A stretch of 64,000 bases of DNA from Candidatus Marinacidobacterales bacterium (GCA_965237955.1 OZ250169.1:7616001-7680000), one strand, 5' to 3'; shown: positions 10,603-21,708, numbered from the stretch's first letter. Notes: generated from the sequence alone by a model not told the origin. Program-made: numbers and translations.

Positions 10603-11700
10603 ATGGCAGACACGCTGTATGTCCGTCACGGGCGACTCCACTACTTCGTCCGAGAAGTACTGAAACGCCTTCGGGTGCCCGCCACCCACGCCTCGAAAAT
10701 CGGCGACGTGCTCATCGCGGCGGACCTCGCGGGCTTCGAAGGGGAAGGAGTGAGCCGGCTTCCGTTTTTCGCGGCGCGCATCCGAACCGGGCTCGCGAAT
10801 CCCAACCCGAACATTCAAGTCGCCCACCAGGAGGAAGCGACCGCGACCCTCGATGGCGACAACGGAATGGGTCATGTCGTCGCGTTGCGCTCGATGGATC
10901 TCGCTATCGAGCTCGCGAAGCAGTTCGGGGTCTCCGCCGTGGCCGCGAAGAACAGCAACGATTTCGGAATGGCGGGCTACTACGCACGCCTCGCACTCGA
11001 AGAACAAATGGTCGGCATCGTCATGTCGAACGCGCCTCCAGCGATGTTACCGACCTACGGCAAGACCCCGATGCTGGGTGAGAACCCGCTCGCCATTGCA
11101 ATCCCGGCAGCGGAAGACGCGGCCCCGTTCGTTCTCGATATCGCCACCAGCGGAACGTCGCGCCATCAGCTCGAAGACGCGCTCAGGCGTGGCGAGACGA
11201 TCCCCGCCGGACTCGCGCTCGATGCCTCGGGGGCGATGACCCAGGACCCGAAGGCCGCGCTCGAAGCCATGCGTCTATTGCCGCTCGGTGGAGCGCCGGA
11301 AACGGGCTCGCACAAAGGCTTTGGTCTGGCCCTCGCGATCGACATCCTCTGCGGCGTAGTTTCCGGTGGTCAATTCGGACGGGATCTCGCCGGTGCCGAA
11401 GGCACGCATCAAGACGTCGCCGGAATCGGGCATTTTTTCATCGCGGTACGGCTCCGCGCCTTCGGCCCCTGGATCAAGTTCCGGAACCGCATCAAAGACA
11501 TGATGCGACAGCTCACCGGCTCGCCGGCGACGGGAGCACCGCGCGTTTACTACCCGGGCGAAGCGGAGTTCGACATCGAGCAAGAGCGCCGCGCCACCGG
11601 AATCCCCATCGACCCCGCAACAGCATCAGGGCTCGAGGGCCTCGCACGCCAGCTGGACGTCCACGATTCGTGGAAGCATTTGGTGGAGGGCCGTAAGTAA
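10603..11700 (+). CDS. Ldh_2 (malate/L-lactate/ureidoglycolate dehydrogenase-like) family protein
   Basis: DGDNGMG, NPLAIA, DIATS, SHKGFGLA, YYPGE. Confidence 0.85.
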   Translation: MADTLYVRHGRLHYFVREVLKRLRVPATHASKIGDVLIAADLAGFEGEGVSRLPFFAARIRTGLANPNPNIQVAHQEEATATLDGDNGMGHVVALRSMDLAIELAKQFGVSAVAAKNSNDFGMAGYYARLALEEQMVGIVMSNAPPAMLPTYGKTPMLGENPLAIAIPAAEDAAPFVLDIATSGTSRHQLEDALRRGETIPAGLALDASGAMTQDPKAALEAMRLLPLGGAPETGSHKGFGLALAIDILCGVVSGGQFGRDLAGAEGTHQDVAGIGHFFIAVRLRAFGPWIKFRNRIKDMMRQLTGSPATGAPRVYYPGEAEFDIEQERRATGIPIDPATASGLEGLARQLDVHDSWKHLVEGRK

Positions 11701-11713
11701 GTATTCGCTTGCG

Positions 11714-11853
11714 GCGGTATACGGCATACGGTCCAAATCGCGTCGTGCCTGTAAACAGGCGTGTCGCTTACCGGCGGAACGGTGCTCGATATCGGACGAC
11801 GCCGTTTACCGGGAGGGCGTGGATTGAACTGTATGCGGTATGCCGTATACCGC
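11714..11853. repeat. Intergenic unit bounded by a perfect 16-bp inverted repeat
   Basis: GCGGTATACGGCATAC (11714) and GTATGCCGTATACCGC (ends 11853). Confidence 0.7.
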
Positions 11854-13874
11854 TACCGATGAAGAAACGAAGCCTTTGATCGGGGCCCATTCTTGATGAA
11901 GTTGTCCACGCCGATGCGCATGTCCTCGAGCGCGCAGATCTCTCCGAAGCATTTGCACTCGAAACGTAAACCTTCAGCGAGCGACATGCGCGCGCCTTCC
12001 AGGATCGCTTTTTGAAGGACGGCGTCGACCGCGCGTGACAAGTGCCCGAGGTCAACCTCGGGCAGATCGTCAGGAACTTCGATTGGATCCGAGGGAATGG
12101 AAGCCAGCGTGGTCTTCCCATCGGCGGCGTCGTTGGCGAGTGCAACGGCGGCAGCGACGACGTCGCCTTCGACTTCCTCTTGAATCAGGCCGAGCTTCAG
12201 CGCTTCCGCGCTCGAGATCGGGCGGCCGGTGCGCAACAACGGCCACGCGTTCCGAAGCCCAATCCACCTAGGAAGCCGCTGGGTGGCTCCGGCGCCAGGA
12301 ATAATGCCGAGGTTGGGCTCGGGTTGCGCAGCGAGCGGCGCAATACCTTTTCGTGCAATGCGTGCGTGGCACGCCATCCCGAGCTCGTTCCCGCCCCCGA
12401 AAGCGAGCCCGTTGTAGGCGCACACGACGGGCAACGGAGCCGATTCGATCTTGTCGAGCACGGCATGAGAGCCGAGCGACGTTCGCTCCCCCTGTTCCGC
12501 GGAGTCGATGCGCGCGAGCATGGTGACATCCGCTCCCGACACGAACGCCTTTCGACCGAAGCCCGTCAACACCACGCCACGCATCGACTCATCGGTAGCG
12601 ATCGCGTCAAAGTGGCGTTCGATCTGATCGAACACATCCTGATTGAGGGCGTTCAAGACCTGCGGTCGTCGGATCGTTAGCACGGCGATACCGTCCTCGT
12701 CACGCCTGAGAACATACGGGATGTCCCAAGGCTCGCCCGACGCGGCCTGTTCGACGAGCTTCTCGCCGACGGGGAAGCTATCGTGCACACGCCGATAAGC
12801 GCGCACTTTCTCGAGCGCCGCGTTCAGCCCGAGCTCGTTCATGAACGCGAACGGCGGGCGGATGACGAGTCCAATCTCGGCGCCGAGCTCGAGATCGGCG
12901 ATGGTCGCGATGCCACTCGAAGCCACCTCGTTCACCAGTCCGAAGTAGGCGCCTACCATGCGCTCTTCGATGACCTTGGCCCGATCGGGCTCGACCTCGA
13001 CGTTCTCTCCCCGCGCGGGCACGTCCCACGCCTCGCCCGAAGCCATCGCGTCTTTCAGGATCGCGGGCGTCTCGAACCACGGGTTCACGCGGTGATGCGC
13101 TTCGTCGAGACCGTGTGATGTGATCGGGTTGCCGCCGGTGAGGTTCATCGCGGTGAACGGACCGACGCCGAGCCCGAGGACCTTCCTCACCACCGAGTCG
13201 ACTTCTTTCACCGAGCCTAAGCCTTCCTCGACCGCGAGCGCCGCTGCCTGGAACAACCCTTCGAAAACGGGATCGATCGCGTAGCCGTAGCGGCTTCCGA
13301 CGCGAATCGGAACTTTGCCGATAGCTTCGTAGAACGCGAGGAGCCACGCGGCCACGTCCTCACCCGTTTTCTCCGCGGGAACGATCTCGACGAGCGGGTT
13401 CCTCTCGGCGGGGAAAAAGTAATGGATCACGAGCGATCGAGACGCGCCTCGCGCCCGCTCGAAAATCCGTTCGGGCTCAAGATGGGAGGAGTTCGACGCA
13501 AGGATGCCGTCCGCCGATACGAGGTCTTCGAGCTGGGCGAAGATGCGGCGCTTGAGCTCGAGGTCTTCGGCCGCCGCTTCGATCATGAAATCGGCCCCGC
13601 GCAACGCTTCATAGTCCTCAGTAAACGTCACGTTGTCCTTCATCGCGCGCGCGCGCTCGGGGGTGAACGCCTTGGTCGCGACGCCTTTATCGACTTTCTT
13701 GTCGAGCTTGAGACGTCCGGCACGAAGTGGCTCGGGCGCGATGTCGACGACGACCACGGAAACGCCCTCGGGCTCGAGGACCTTCGACATGTGGAGAGCG
13801 ATATCGGGTCCGATCTGTCCCGAGCCCACGATACCGATCTTGTTCAAGGTTCGCGATCCCAGCGTGTACGCCAA
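11853..13874 (-). CDS. 3-hydroxyacyl-CoA dehydrogenase / enoyl-CoA hydratase fusion (HAD N-terminal)
   Basis: GSGQIG, ASNSSH, LNAL, AFVSGAD, AFGGGNE, PGAGATQRL. Confidence 0.85.
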   Translation of the reverse strand: MAYTLGSRTLNKIGIVGSGQIGPDIALHMSKVLEPEGVSVVVVDIAPEPLRAGRLKLDKKVDKGVATKAFTPERARAMKDNVTFTEDYEALRGADFMIEAAAEDLELKRRIFAQLEDLVSADGILASNSSHLEPERIFERARGASRSLVIHYFFPAERNPLVEIVPAEKTGEDVAAWLLAFYEAIGKVPIRVGSRYGYAIDPVFEGLFQAAALAVEEGLGSVKEVDSVVRKVLGLGVGPFTAMNLTGGNPITSHGLDEAHHRVNPWFETPAILKDAMASGEAWDVPARGENVEVEPDRAKVIEERMVGAYFGLVNEVASSGIATIADLELGAEIGLVIRPPFAFMNELGLNAALEKVRAYRRVHDSFPVGEKLVEQAASGEPWDIPYVLRRDEDGIAVLTIRRPQVLNALNQDVFDQIERHFDAIATDESMRGVVLTGFGRKAFVSGADVTMLARIDSAEQGERTSLGSHAVLDKIESAPLPVVCAYNGLAFGGGNELGMACHARIARKGIAPLAAQPEPNLGIIPGAGATQRLPRWIGLRNAWPLLRTGRPISSAEALKLGLIQEEVEGDVVAAAVALANDAADGKTTLASIPSDPIEVPDDLPEVDLGHLSRAVDAVLQKAILEGARMSLAEGLRFECKCFGEICALEDMRIGVDNFIKNGPRSKASFLHR

Positions 13875-13887
13875 AACCCACCTCCGG

Positions 13888-14082
13888 TTACGCGGACGTG
13901 CGCGCCATCAACCCGGCGTGTTTGTCGAGAACCGAGAGCAGCGCATCGATGTCGTCCGCCACGTTGTAATAATGAAAGCTGACCCTTTCGAAGTAGCTGA
14001 AGTATCGCGCGAAGTAGACGATCTGCGCGAGGTCGACGTCCGACCATGGGATACGGTGTTCGATGGTGAATGCTTCCGCAAC
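13888..14082 (-). pseudogene. Chimeric remnant: acyl-CoA thioesterase N-terminus fused to class V aminotransferase C-terminus
   Basis: TIEHRIPWSDVDLAQIVYFARYFSYFE | RVSFHYYNVADDIDALL. Confidence 0.65.
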
Positions 14083-14085
14083 GTG

Positions 14086-14117
14086 AGCGCGCCCCGCCGG
14101 TTTCGACGGGGCGCGCT
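14086..14117. terminator. GC-rich hairpin downstream of the MscS-like gene
   Basis: AGCGCGCCCCG / CGGGGCGCGCT stem. Confidence 0.45.
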
Positions 14118-14160
14118 ATTTTATCTCAGCTGTCGGCCATCAGCCGTCGGCTATCAGCCA

Positions 14161-15669
14161 TCAGCTCGTCTTCAAGCTGTTGCGCCACTCCTCGATTTGC
14201 TTCGCGGCGATGTCTCGGCCACCGAGACCGAAGGCGATCGCGGCCGCGACCGCGAACGAGCCGAGCACGAGCCCGAAGGCCAACTCGATGATCTCGTTGG
14301 CGATCCCCATTTGCCGCAGCGCAATCGCGGCCGAGAGCACGAGGATACCGATGCGGGCCGCGGTGGCGAGAAGCCCTGCTTGGGCATGGCCGCTCGCGCG
14401 GATCGTGCCCGCCGCCACGTTCGCGAGAAACAGACCGACGCCGAACACGATGATTCCGAGGGCGAGCTGCCCGGCGAACTCGAGTAGGCGTGCCAAGAGC
14501 ACGGCCAGGCTTTCGAAGCCGAGAAGCCCAGCCGCTTCGATGGAAGCGAACAGCATGATCACGGTGAGGAGCAGAGCCCCGGCGAGCTCCGACGGCCGCT
14601 TGGCGTCATCGACAGCGGTAGCTCTCGATAGGCCGAGTTTCTGAAGCACCGAATCGAACCCCGCACCCGCGAGAACACCGGAGAGAAGCTGCGACACCAG
14701 GCGGCCGACGTAGAACGCGAGCGCGAGAAGGACACCGGCGGCGAACACGCGCGGGAGGGCATCGAGGACCTGTCCGAGCATGTTGCTCGCGGGTCGGGTG
14801 ATGGCCTCGAGCGCGAGCGCGTTCAGAGACGACAAGAGCACGTTGAACAAGATGAACACGTAGACGACGAGACCCACGAGACCCGACAGCTTCCGCGTGC
14901 CGAGGGCGGTCCCCAACCCGATTTTCTCGCCGAGCTTGTCGACGCCGACCGCGGCGAGCAAATTCGTGACGATGCGCTGCACGATGCGAGCGATGAGCCA
15001 GCCGGCGGCGAGAATAACGCCGGCGGCGAGCACGTTGGGCAGGAACGTGAGCAGCCGATCCATCATCCCTTGAACGGGCTCGAGGAGCCCGCCGAGCTGT
15101 AACGTGCCCAGGACGATGGGCAGGAACAAAAGGAAGACGAGCCAATAGAGGCCATCACCGAGCGTTCTCCCGATCGCCGGCTCGGCTCCCGCCTCGAGTC
15201 CAGCCTCACCTACGACTTTTTCGTCGAGGCGCCATCGATCGGCTGCCACCGAGACTGTCTTCTTAGCAACGGTCGCCACCACCCACGCCACCGCGACCAG
15301 CATCGCCGCGCCGAGAAGCTGCGGCACGTAGTCGAAGACTTTGTTCAAAAGCGTCAGAATCGGCTCGCTGACGACCGTGAGCTGAAGGGTGTTGAAGAAA
15401 AGAACGAGCACGAACAGCAGCAAGATGTAGTAGACGCCCTTGGCGACCCACCGTTCTACCTCGAATTTGCCCCCCTTCTCTTCGCCGAGCACCCACGTCG
15501 CGATGCGGTTGTCGATGGTCGTACGCTCGAGTGCTTTGCGAACGCCCCAGGCGACGATCCGCGCGAAGAGCCAACCTACGAACAAGACGACAACAGCGAC
15601 GAGGACACGCAACACTTGCGGTCCAAAAACCTCCGCTAATTGCGGCAACATTGCTTCTAATGAACCCAT
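14161..15669 (-). CDS. MscS-like conserved TM-helix repeat protein
   Basis: Repeated YVPQL/FLPNV/LPRV TM-helix units and AIAFGLGGR C-terminus. Confidence 0.75.
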   Translation of the reverse strand: MGSLEAMLPQLAEVFGPQVLRVLVAVVVLFVGWLFARIVAWGVRKALERTTIDNRIATWVLGEEKGGKFEVERWVAKGVYYILLLFVLVLFFNTLQLTVVSEPILTLLNKVFDYVPQLLGAAMLVAVAWVVATVAKKTVSVAADRWRLDEKVVGEAGLEAGAEPAIGRTLGDGLYWLVFLLFLPIVLGTLQLGGLLEPVQGMMDRLLTFLPNVLAAGVILAAGWLIARIVQRIVTNLLAAVGVDKLGEKIGLGTALGTRKLSGLVGLVVYVFILFNVLLSSLNALALEAITRPASNMLGQVLDALPRVFAAGVLLALAFYVGRLVSQLLSGVLAGAGFDSVLQKLGLSRATAVDDAKRPSELAGALLLTVIMLFASIEAAGLLGFESLAVLLARLLEFAGQLALGIIVFGVGLFLANVAAGTIRASGHAQAGLLATAARIGILVLSAAIALRQMGIANEIIELAFGLVLGSFAVAAAIAFGLGGRDIAAKQIEEWRNSLKTS

Positions 15670-15776
15670 TGTGACTTCCTCCTTGGTTCCGAGTTGCGCG
15701 GCTGCAATCGATATCCCAGGTGAGAGTTGCTGAGAGTTGCTTGGTGCAGACGGTGCGAAGGAGTATATATCACCTC

Positions 15777-18539
15777 ATGAAGTATCGGGAGCTTCGGTTC
15801 GCGCGCGTTTTAGTTCTGGTATTGAACGCGACGGGAGCCTTCGCGTCCACGTTCGAGCTGACCGGCACGGTACTCGATGAGTCCGGCGTCGAGCTTGCGG
15901 GTGCAACGTTGACGCTCGTCCACGAGGGCACGGGGCTCGTCCGCACCACGACGAGCAACGACTCGGGTCGCTACGCCTTTCCCGCGATGCCGCCCGGCGA
16001 GTACTCGCTGGTCGTGCGACTTTCCGGATTCGCCACGTCGCGCTTTGCCGGGCTTCGCTACTTCGCCGAAACGAAGCCCATCTTCAACGTCAGATTGAAT
16101 CTTCGCGCGGTCCAAGAATCGATGACGTTCACCGGCGAGGCGCCGCTCATCAACGTAAGCCAGTCGCAGCTCGGCCTTTCGGTGGAAGAGCGTCAGCTTC
16201 ACGAGCTACCGCTGACGCGCCGCGACTACCTGGAGCTCGCAACCGTCGAAGGAGGCGTGCACGAAATCAACGAATCCGTCCCGGGTGCTGTCGTCTACGG
16301 AGCGCGGCTTACGACGGTGAACGGCGCGAACGCGCACTACACCTCGTACCACCTCGACGGCTTTGGAAACACGCGCGATCAGCACGGCGTCGTTCATGTC
16401 GATGTCGACCTGAGCGCCATCGAGGAGTTCCGCGTCATCAGCGGTCAGTTCTCGGCGGAGTACGGACAAAGTCTCACCGGTATCGTGAGCGCGACCACTC
16501 GATCCGGCACCAATGATTTCCATGGAAGCATTTTTGCCTACCTGCGTCCCGGTAGCTGGGACGCGAGCGACCCGCTGACCGGCACCGACACCGCGCTCAA
16601 TCGTCAGGAGCTCGGCTTCACTTTTTCCGGCCCCATCCGCGAAGATCGCACCCAGTTTTTCACCAGCTACTCGTACCAAAACCAGGACGACGACGTGGTC
16701 GTGACGGCACCGTACGGCGACGGGCGTTTCGGCGGGCTTTTCGAGCTTCCGTCGAGCCGTCATCGGTTTCTGGTGAAGCTGACCCATCTGTTCGACTCAC
16801 GGCATCAGCTCGCCGTGAAAGCAGCGTTTTCCGAGCGCAACAGCTTGGAGAGTGTAGGTGGCTACGACATCTTCGATAACCGCCTCGAGACGTTGAACGA
16901 GGATGCCTCGGTGTACGCGACATTCGTCTCCGAGCTCGGGAGCGGTTCGAGCGAGCTCCGATTCGGATTCGCGAGGGAGCGGTTTCGCACCCGAGGTCAA
17001 AAGCCGCCGCTCGGCGCCGTCGAGATCCATCCGACGCTCGGCAACATCGGCAACCCGATGCGTTTTCAACGGGCAGACGAGGACCACTTCGAAGTCTCCG
17101 AGACGTTGACGCTTCCCACGGGAGACCATCGTCTCAAAATCGGTTTCAACTTCCTTCGCATCGGAAGCACTACCGAGCTCGAACGCTACAGCGACGGCGT
17201 TCTCTTTTTCCCTCCAACTGGCGTCGACGGCCCACTGCTTCTTTGGCGAAACTTCACCGGTGCCGACGCGGAGATTCTCGAGCGCAGCGAGAGTCACGTT
17301 CAAGTTTTTTTTCAGGACGACTGGCAGGTCACGCCGTTTTTCACCGTAAACCTGGGCCTGCGCTGGGAGAAAGAGACTTCCGTTCCCGACAACGGAAACA
17401 TCGCACCTCGGCTCGGGTTTCACTGGGACGCGACCCAAGATGGCCGCACATCAGTACGTGGCGGCTACGGAATCTTCTATAGCTTCGTCTTTTCGATCGT
17501 CGACTCACTCGAGCGCCTCTACGGTGTCGGGGGCCACCAAGTGGTTGCCTTCACCGACGACGACATCGACGATGCCTTCTTCAACCCGGCATTGTTGTCA
17601 CCGAACTTCTATGTCGATGCTGTCGAATGGGCACAAGCGTCCCGGCAGGCACCTTCCTCCCAACACGTCACCATCGGCATCGAGCGCGAGCTCGTACCGA
17701 CGGTTACGGCCGCCGTCGACGTGAGCTACGTTCGCGGAAAAAGCCTCATTCTGCCCGTCGACCTCAACGCACCTGAATTTTTCGACTACACCACGGGCGA
17801 CATCCGTTCCGGAAATGCCGCTGACCGTGCCCGACCCTTCGGCGTGCCCGGCGCGCCCATCGCTCGCGGCATGGTGCCCGAGCTTCCCGACGGCTATCCG
17901 TTCGGTGGGTACCGCGATCTGTATCTGTTGTCGTCCGCGGGCTCGAGTCGTTTCTGGAGCGTCAAGGTCAACGTGACCAAGCGCTACGCGACCGACTTCT
18001 TGATCCAGGCCGTCTACAACTGGTCGCGTACCGAAAACGACGGCGACAACTTCCGCGTCAGCGAATCACTTGCTCTGGATCCGGCGCGGCCGGAGCTCGA
18101 GTGGGGTCGAAGTACAACCGATATCCCGCACTCTTTCGTGATCAATGGTGTTTGGGACGCTCCTCTCGGTCTGCGGTTGACGGGTTTGTTCCGAGCGCGT
18201 TCGGGTCGCCCGGTCGATCCACGCGTCGACGCGGATTTGGACGGGGACCGCAAGCTACGCGAGCGCGCGTCGAGCCCCGGCGCCATTTTGGAGAGAAACA
18301 GCTTCCGTATCGGCTCGGTCGCGTCGCTCGATCTCTCCATCGCCAAGGAGTGGGAATTCGGCGAAGGGCGGCGTGTCGCAGCCGCGCTCGACGTGTTCAA
18401 CCTGACCAACCGCCTCAACCCGAAGCAATATCTGCAGTCGTACGGGGCTCGCTCAGATCAGCCGCTTCCGGCATTTCTTCAGATCGTCCAGGCGAGCCCG
18501 CCCCGCCAGTTCCAGCTTTCCGTCCGCTTCACGTTTTAG
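15777..18539 (+). CDS. TonB-dependent receptor (Oar-like) with carboxypeptidase-regulatory-like N-domain
   Basis: GTVLDESG, SAEYG, RSGTNDFHG, FFQDDW, DVFNLTN, terminal RFTF. Confidence 0.9.
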   Translation: MKYRELRFARVLVLVLNATGAFASTFELTGTVLDESGVELAGATLTLVHEGTGLVRTTTSNDSGRYAFPAMPPGEYSLVVRLSGFATSRFAGLRYFAETKPIFNVRLNLRAVQESMTFTGEAPLINVSQSQLGLSVEERQLHELPLTRRDYLELATVEGGVHEINESVPGAVVYGARLTTVNGANAHYTSYHLDGFGNTRDQHGVVHVDVDLSAIEEFRVISGQFSAEYGQSLTGIVSATTRSGTNDFHGSIFAYLRPGSWDASDPLTGTDTALNRQELGFTFSGPIREDRTQFFTSYSYQNQDDDVVVTAPYGDGRFGGLFELPSSRHRFLVKLTHLFDSRHQLAVKAAFSERNSLESVGGYDIFDNRLETLNEDASVYATFVSELGSGSSELRFGFARERFRTRGQKPPLGAVEIHPTLGNIGNPMRFQRADEDHFEVSETLTLPTGDHRLKIGFNFLRIGSTTELERYSDGVLFFPPTGVDGPLLLWRNFTGADAEILERSESHVQVFFQDDWQVTPFFTVNLGLRWEKETSVPDNGNIAPRLGFHWDATQDGRTSVRGGYGIFYSFVFSIVDSLERLYGVGGHQVVAFTDDDIDDAFFNPALLSPNFYVDAVEWAQASRQAPSSQHVTIGIERELVPTVTAAVDVSYVRGKSLILPVDLNAPEFFDYTTGDIRSGNAADRARPFGVPGAPIARGMVPELPDGYPFGGYRDLYLLSSAGSSRFWSVKVNVTKRYATDFLIQAVYNWSRTENDGDNFRVSESLALDPARPELEWGRSTTDIPHSFVINGVWDAPLGLRLTGLFRARSGRPVDPRVDADLDGDRKLRERASSPGAILERNSFRIGSVASLDLSIAKEWEFGEGRRVAAALDVFNLTNRLNPKQYLQSYGARSDQPLPAFLQIVQASPPRQFQLSVRFTF

Positions 18540-18564
18540 GAGTCGTGGGATAGAGTCCGGCCGA

Positions 18565-20516
18565 TCATTGCTCGTCGTCCGTCACGACGTCCATGACCCA
18601 GATGTCGCCGATGTCCTCTCCCCAGGAGAAGTACAGAAACCGACCGTCCGTCGCCAGGCCCACCGCGAAGTGATCGGTGCGTTTGCCCACCAGATCGGTC
18701 AGTTGCCGCTCGTCCTTGCCATCCGCGGAAATCGTCCAGATATTCTGATCCCGCAGGAAATAGATGGAGCTTCCATCGGGGGACCAGCGAGCCGTCCAGC
18801 CGCCGGAAGCAGCGAGCCGCGCCGCGTTCTCCCCCGCGCTGTTCGCCTTCCACAATTCGGTGTCGCCTCCCATGAAGTCGACGCTCGTATAAAGGATTTC
18901 GCTCCCATCGGGCGACCATTCGGGCATCACCTGCATGCTCGCTCCCTCGACCAACGGCCGACTCGACCTGTCCTTCGTCGAAACGACCCAGAGATCGGTC
19001 GACTGCAAATGAAGATAGGCGACACGTTGGCCGTCGGGCGAAAGACTCGGCTGGATCTCGAACTCCGGAGATTGGATCAGCGGCCGGACGACACCTCCTT
19101 CGCTCGGCACGATGAAAAGGTCGCGCGTTCCGGCTCGGTGCGAGTGGAACACGATCTCCTTTCCATCCGCGGAGTAGCGCGGCGCCCAGTCAGGGCCCGA
19201 GTGCGTCGTCAACGCTCGCCACTCACCGCCGTCGAGCGGCACGACCCACAGATCCAAATTCCCGGCGCGATCGGAATTCAATACGAGCTCCGAACCGTCC
19301 GGTGAAACGTCCAACTCTTCGACATACGCCTGCTCCGCCGAGATCGGTTCGGCATCGGCCCAGGTGGCTAGACGATCGCGCAGGATCGGAACGCGCCACA
19401 CGTTCGATACACGTCTTCCCTTGGAGTAAGCGAGCTTCGATCCGTCCTTCGAAAACGAAGCGCTTCGCATCCCGATACCCACGGTAACCGGGACGGCAGA
19501 GCCGATTGGCCCGCGCTCGGCATCGACCTCCCGAGCCCACAAGTCCATCGCACCACCTCGATTGGAGATGAAGTAGAGAGAGGCTCCGTCGCGGGACCAC
19601 ATAGGGCTCCAGTTGTTCCCATCCTCCGTTACGGGAAAGGATTCGAGATCACCCACGCGCATCACCCATATGCGGGAGATTTGGGCCTCGCGGCTCACGG
19701 CTTCCACGTAGGCCAAAAACCGCTCGTCCGGGGACCAGCTCCAGTCGATCGTTTGTCGGGCTGGGACAGGAAGCGTGAGCCGGCGCGATTGTCTCGTCTC
19801 CAGTTCGACGATGTCGAGGACGGTCCCATCTTCCGACAGGCCGGCCAACTCGGTGCCGCCGCTCAGCCATTGAGGAGCGCCAAAAAGATTCACGTTAAAA
19901 TCGGCGTTCAATACTCTTCGTGCCTCCCCCCCACAAGCGCCGACATGTTGTAGTAGGCGTGGCCCTCTCGTTCGGATACGAATGCGATGTTCCTCCCGTC
20001 GGGTGACCAGTTGGGATTGGAGTCCCTCGAAGCGTTATCGGGCGTCCGATTGATGGGTGCGCCGCCCTCGATCTGTTGCACCCAGATGTCCAGATTGCCG
20101 CTTTGGTTGGATTCGTAGGCCAGCGTTTGTCCATCCGGTGACCAAGTCGGAGAATCTTCCACACCGAGGGCCGACGTAATCTGGCGTGCGTTCGTGAAGG
20201 TTGGAACTACCGGGCCCGCGTTGTCGAACGATGTCGGGACGATGTCGCTCATCCACAGGGCAACGAGAAGTCCGCCTCCCACGAGCGCTATCCACGGGGG
20301 CGCGCGTCGTGAGGCAGGCTTACGAGGTGAGACGGCCGCATCCACCATCGTCTCGCCGGAGTCCAGGGCACGGGCAAGCTCTTCGAGCTCGTTGCGAACA
20401 TCGATCGTAGTCTGGTTTGCGAGGCACCGTCTAACGATGCGCGCGATGTCGCGCGGCAGCGACGGCACGAGCTCCGTCAGCGATTGCGGCTCGTCTTTCA
20501 AAACGGCCGACAGGGT
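18565..20516 (-). pseudogene. Ser/Thr kinase-TolB/PD40 repeat protein; kinase part removed at IS5, frameshift in G7 run 19926-19932
   Basis: Kinase tail AVLKDEP...RRCLA, a TM helix, many WSPDG repeats. Confidence 0.8.
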
Positions 20517-21601
20517 GCCTTGGTGCACAACTCCGATAGAGGCCGAGAGCTCGCTTGGCCCCGACTCCCATCATCCGATCATCTCGCTATCAGGCATCCC
20601 GAGCGCCGTCATCGTGTTGAGAATCTTGCACCCGATCCTTGCCTCGACTCTCTGTGCCGCCAACCCTCTCGCTCGCATCGCTGAGCCCACGATAGCCTTG
20701 TAGCGATGGAACGTTGTCTCGACTTTGCTCCGTTTGCTGTAGCCCGATTCTGTGTGCCACTTTCGTTTGCCGAGCCGATCTTGTGCTGCAATGTTGCGAT
20801 TGCGCTGTCGGCTGCTCGCCGGCCCCGATGCGAGCTGGGCGCCCTTGCGCGGCGGTATCAGCACCCTCGGCGAGCAATGAGCGCTGTGATTCTCGATTGC
20901 CTCATAGACGCCGCCGGCGTCGTATGCGGTGTCAGCTCTGGCCGATGAGATGGGACTGTCGATCTGTCCGACAAGCGATGCAACCCGCGATGAATCGCGG
21001 GCTCTTTTGCTCGTCAGCTCGCCGGCGACGACTTCGCCACTCTGCTCGTCGACACACAGATGGAGCTTGCGATAGTCCCTGCTCTTTGGTGCTCTGCGCA
21101 GCTGGCCGGCGTGGACAGCGAGACCGCTGCTGTCGATCAAGATGTGCAACGGCGTCTTCTGCTTGTCTTGGTAGAAGGGGACCTTACCCAGCTTCGCCTT
21201 GCGCCTCGAGATCGTGGTGTGATCGGGCACATCATTGTCTAGCTTCATCAGAGCGAACAACGATCGCAGCAATCCCTCGCTCTGCCTAGATGACAGATGA
21301 AACACCATGCCCAGGGTGACAGCCGTCTCGATGGCGTGGTTCGAGTACTTGCGTTGACGGCCCGGTTTCCTCCTCCTCGGCCGGGGCGCGTCCCAGTTCA
21401 CAAGCTTGCCGGCGGTGAGCGAGATCCAGACGGTCAGGCTCCCACGGTTGCGTAGACCCGCCTCATATTCACGCCAATTCCTCACGCGATAGGCCTTCTT
21501 CACATACTTCCGCTGAGTGCGTTTGAAAATGCTCATGGGGAACCTCGAATCCGTGAGCAAAGGACAATTGTGGACCGAGATCGCGAGTTGTGCACCAAGG
21601 C
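20517..21601 (-). mobile_element. IS5 family (IS903 group) element; transposase 20571-21536
   Basis: YRVRNWREYE..L..RGSL, PDHTT, DSSG, RKLHL, GY..RSKVET; 17-bp TIR GCCTTGGTGCACAACTC. Confidence 0.9.
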
Positions 21602-21650
21602 AGCCCTGCGGTGCGAAATACCTTCGATTCTGCGCGGATTCCAAGGGCGT

Positions 21651-21708
21651 CTAAGCTGCTGATTTGTGGTCTATTTCAAAAGGGCCGAGTTTTGGCACAG
21701 GACGGGGT
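21651..21708 (+). repeat. Orphan copy of the outer TIR of the element at 40584-41845
   Basis: CTAAGCTGCTGATTT...GAGTTTTGGCACAGGACG, near-identical to 41792-41845. Confidence 0.85.
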
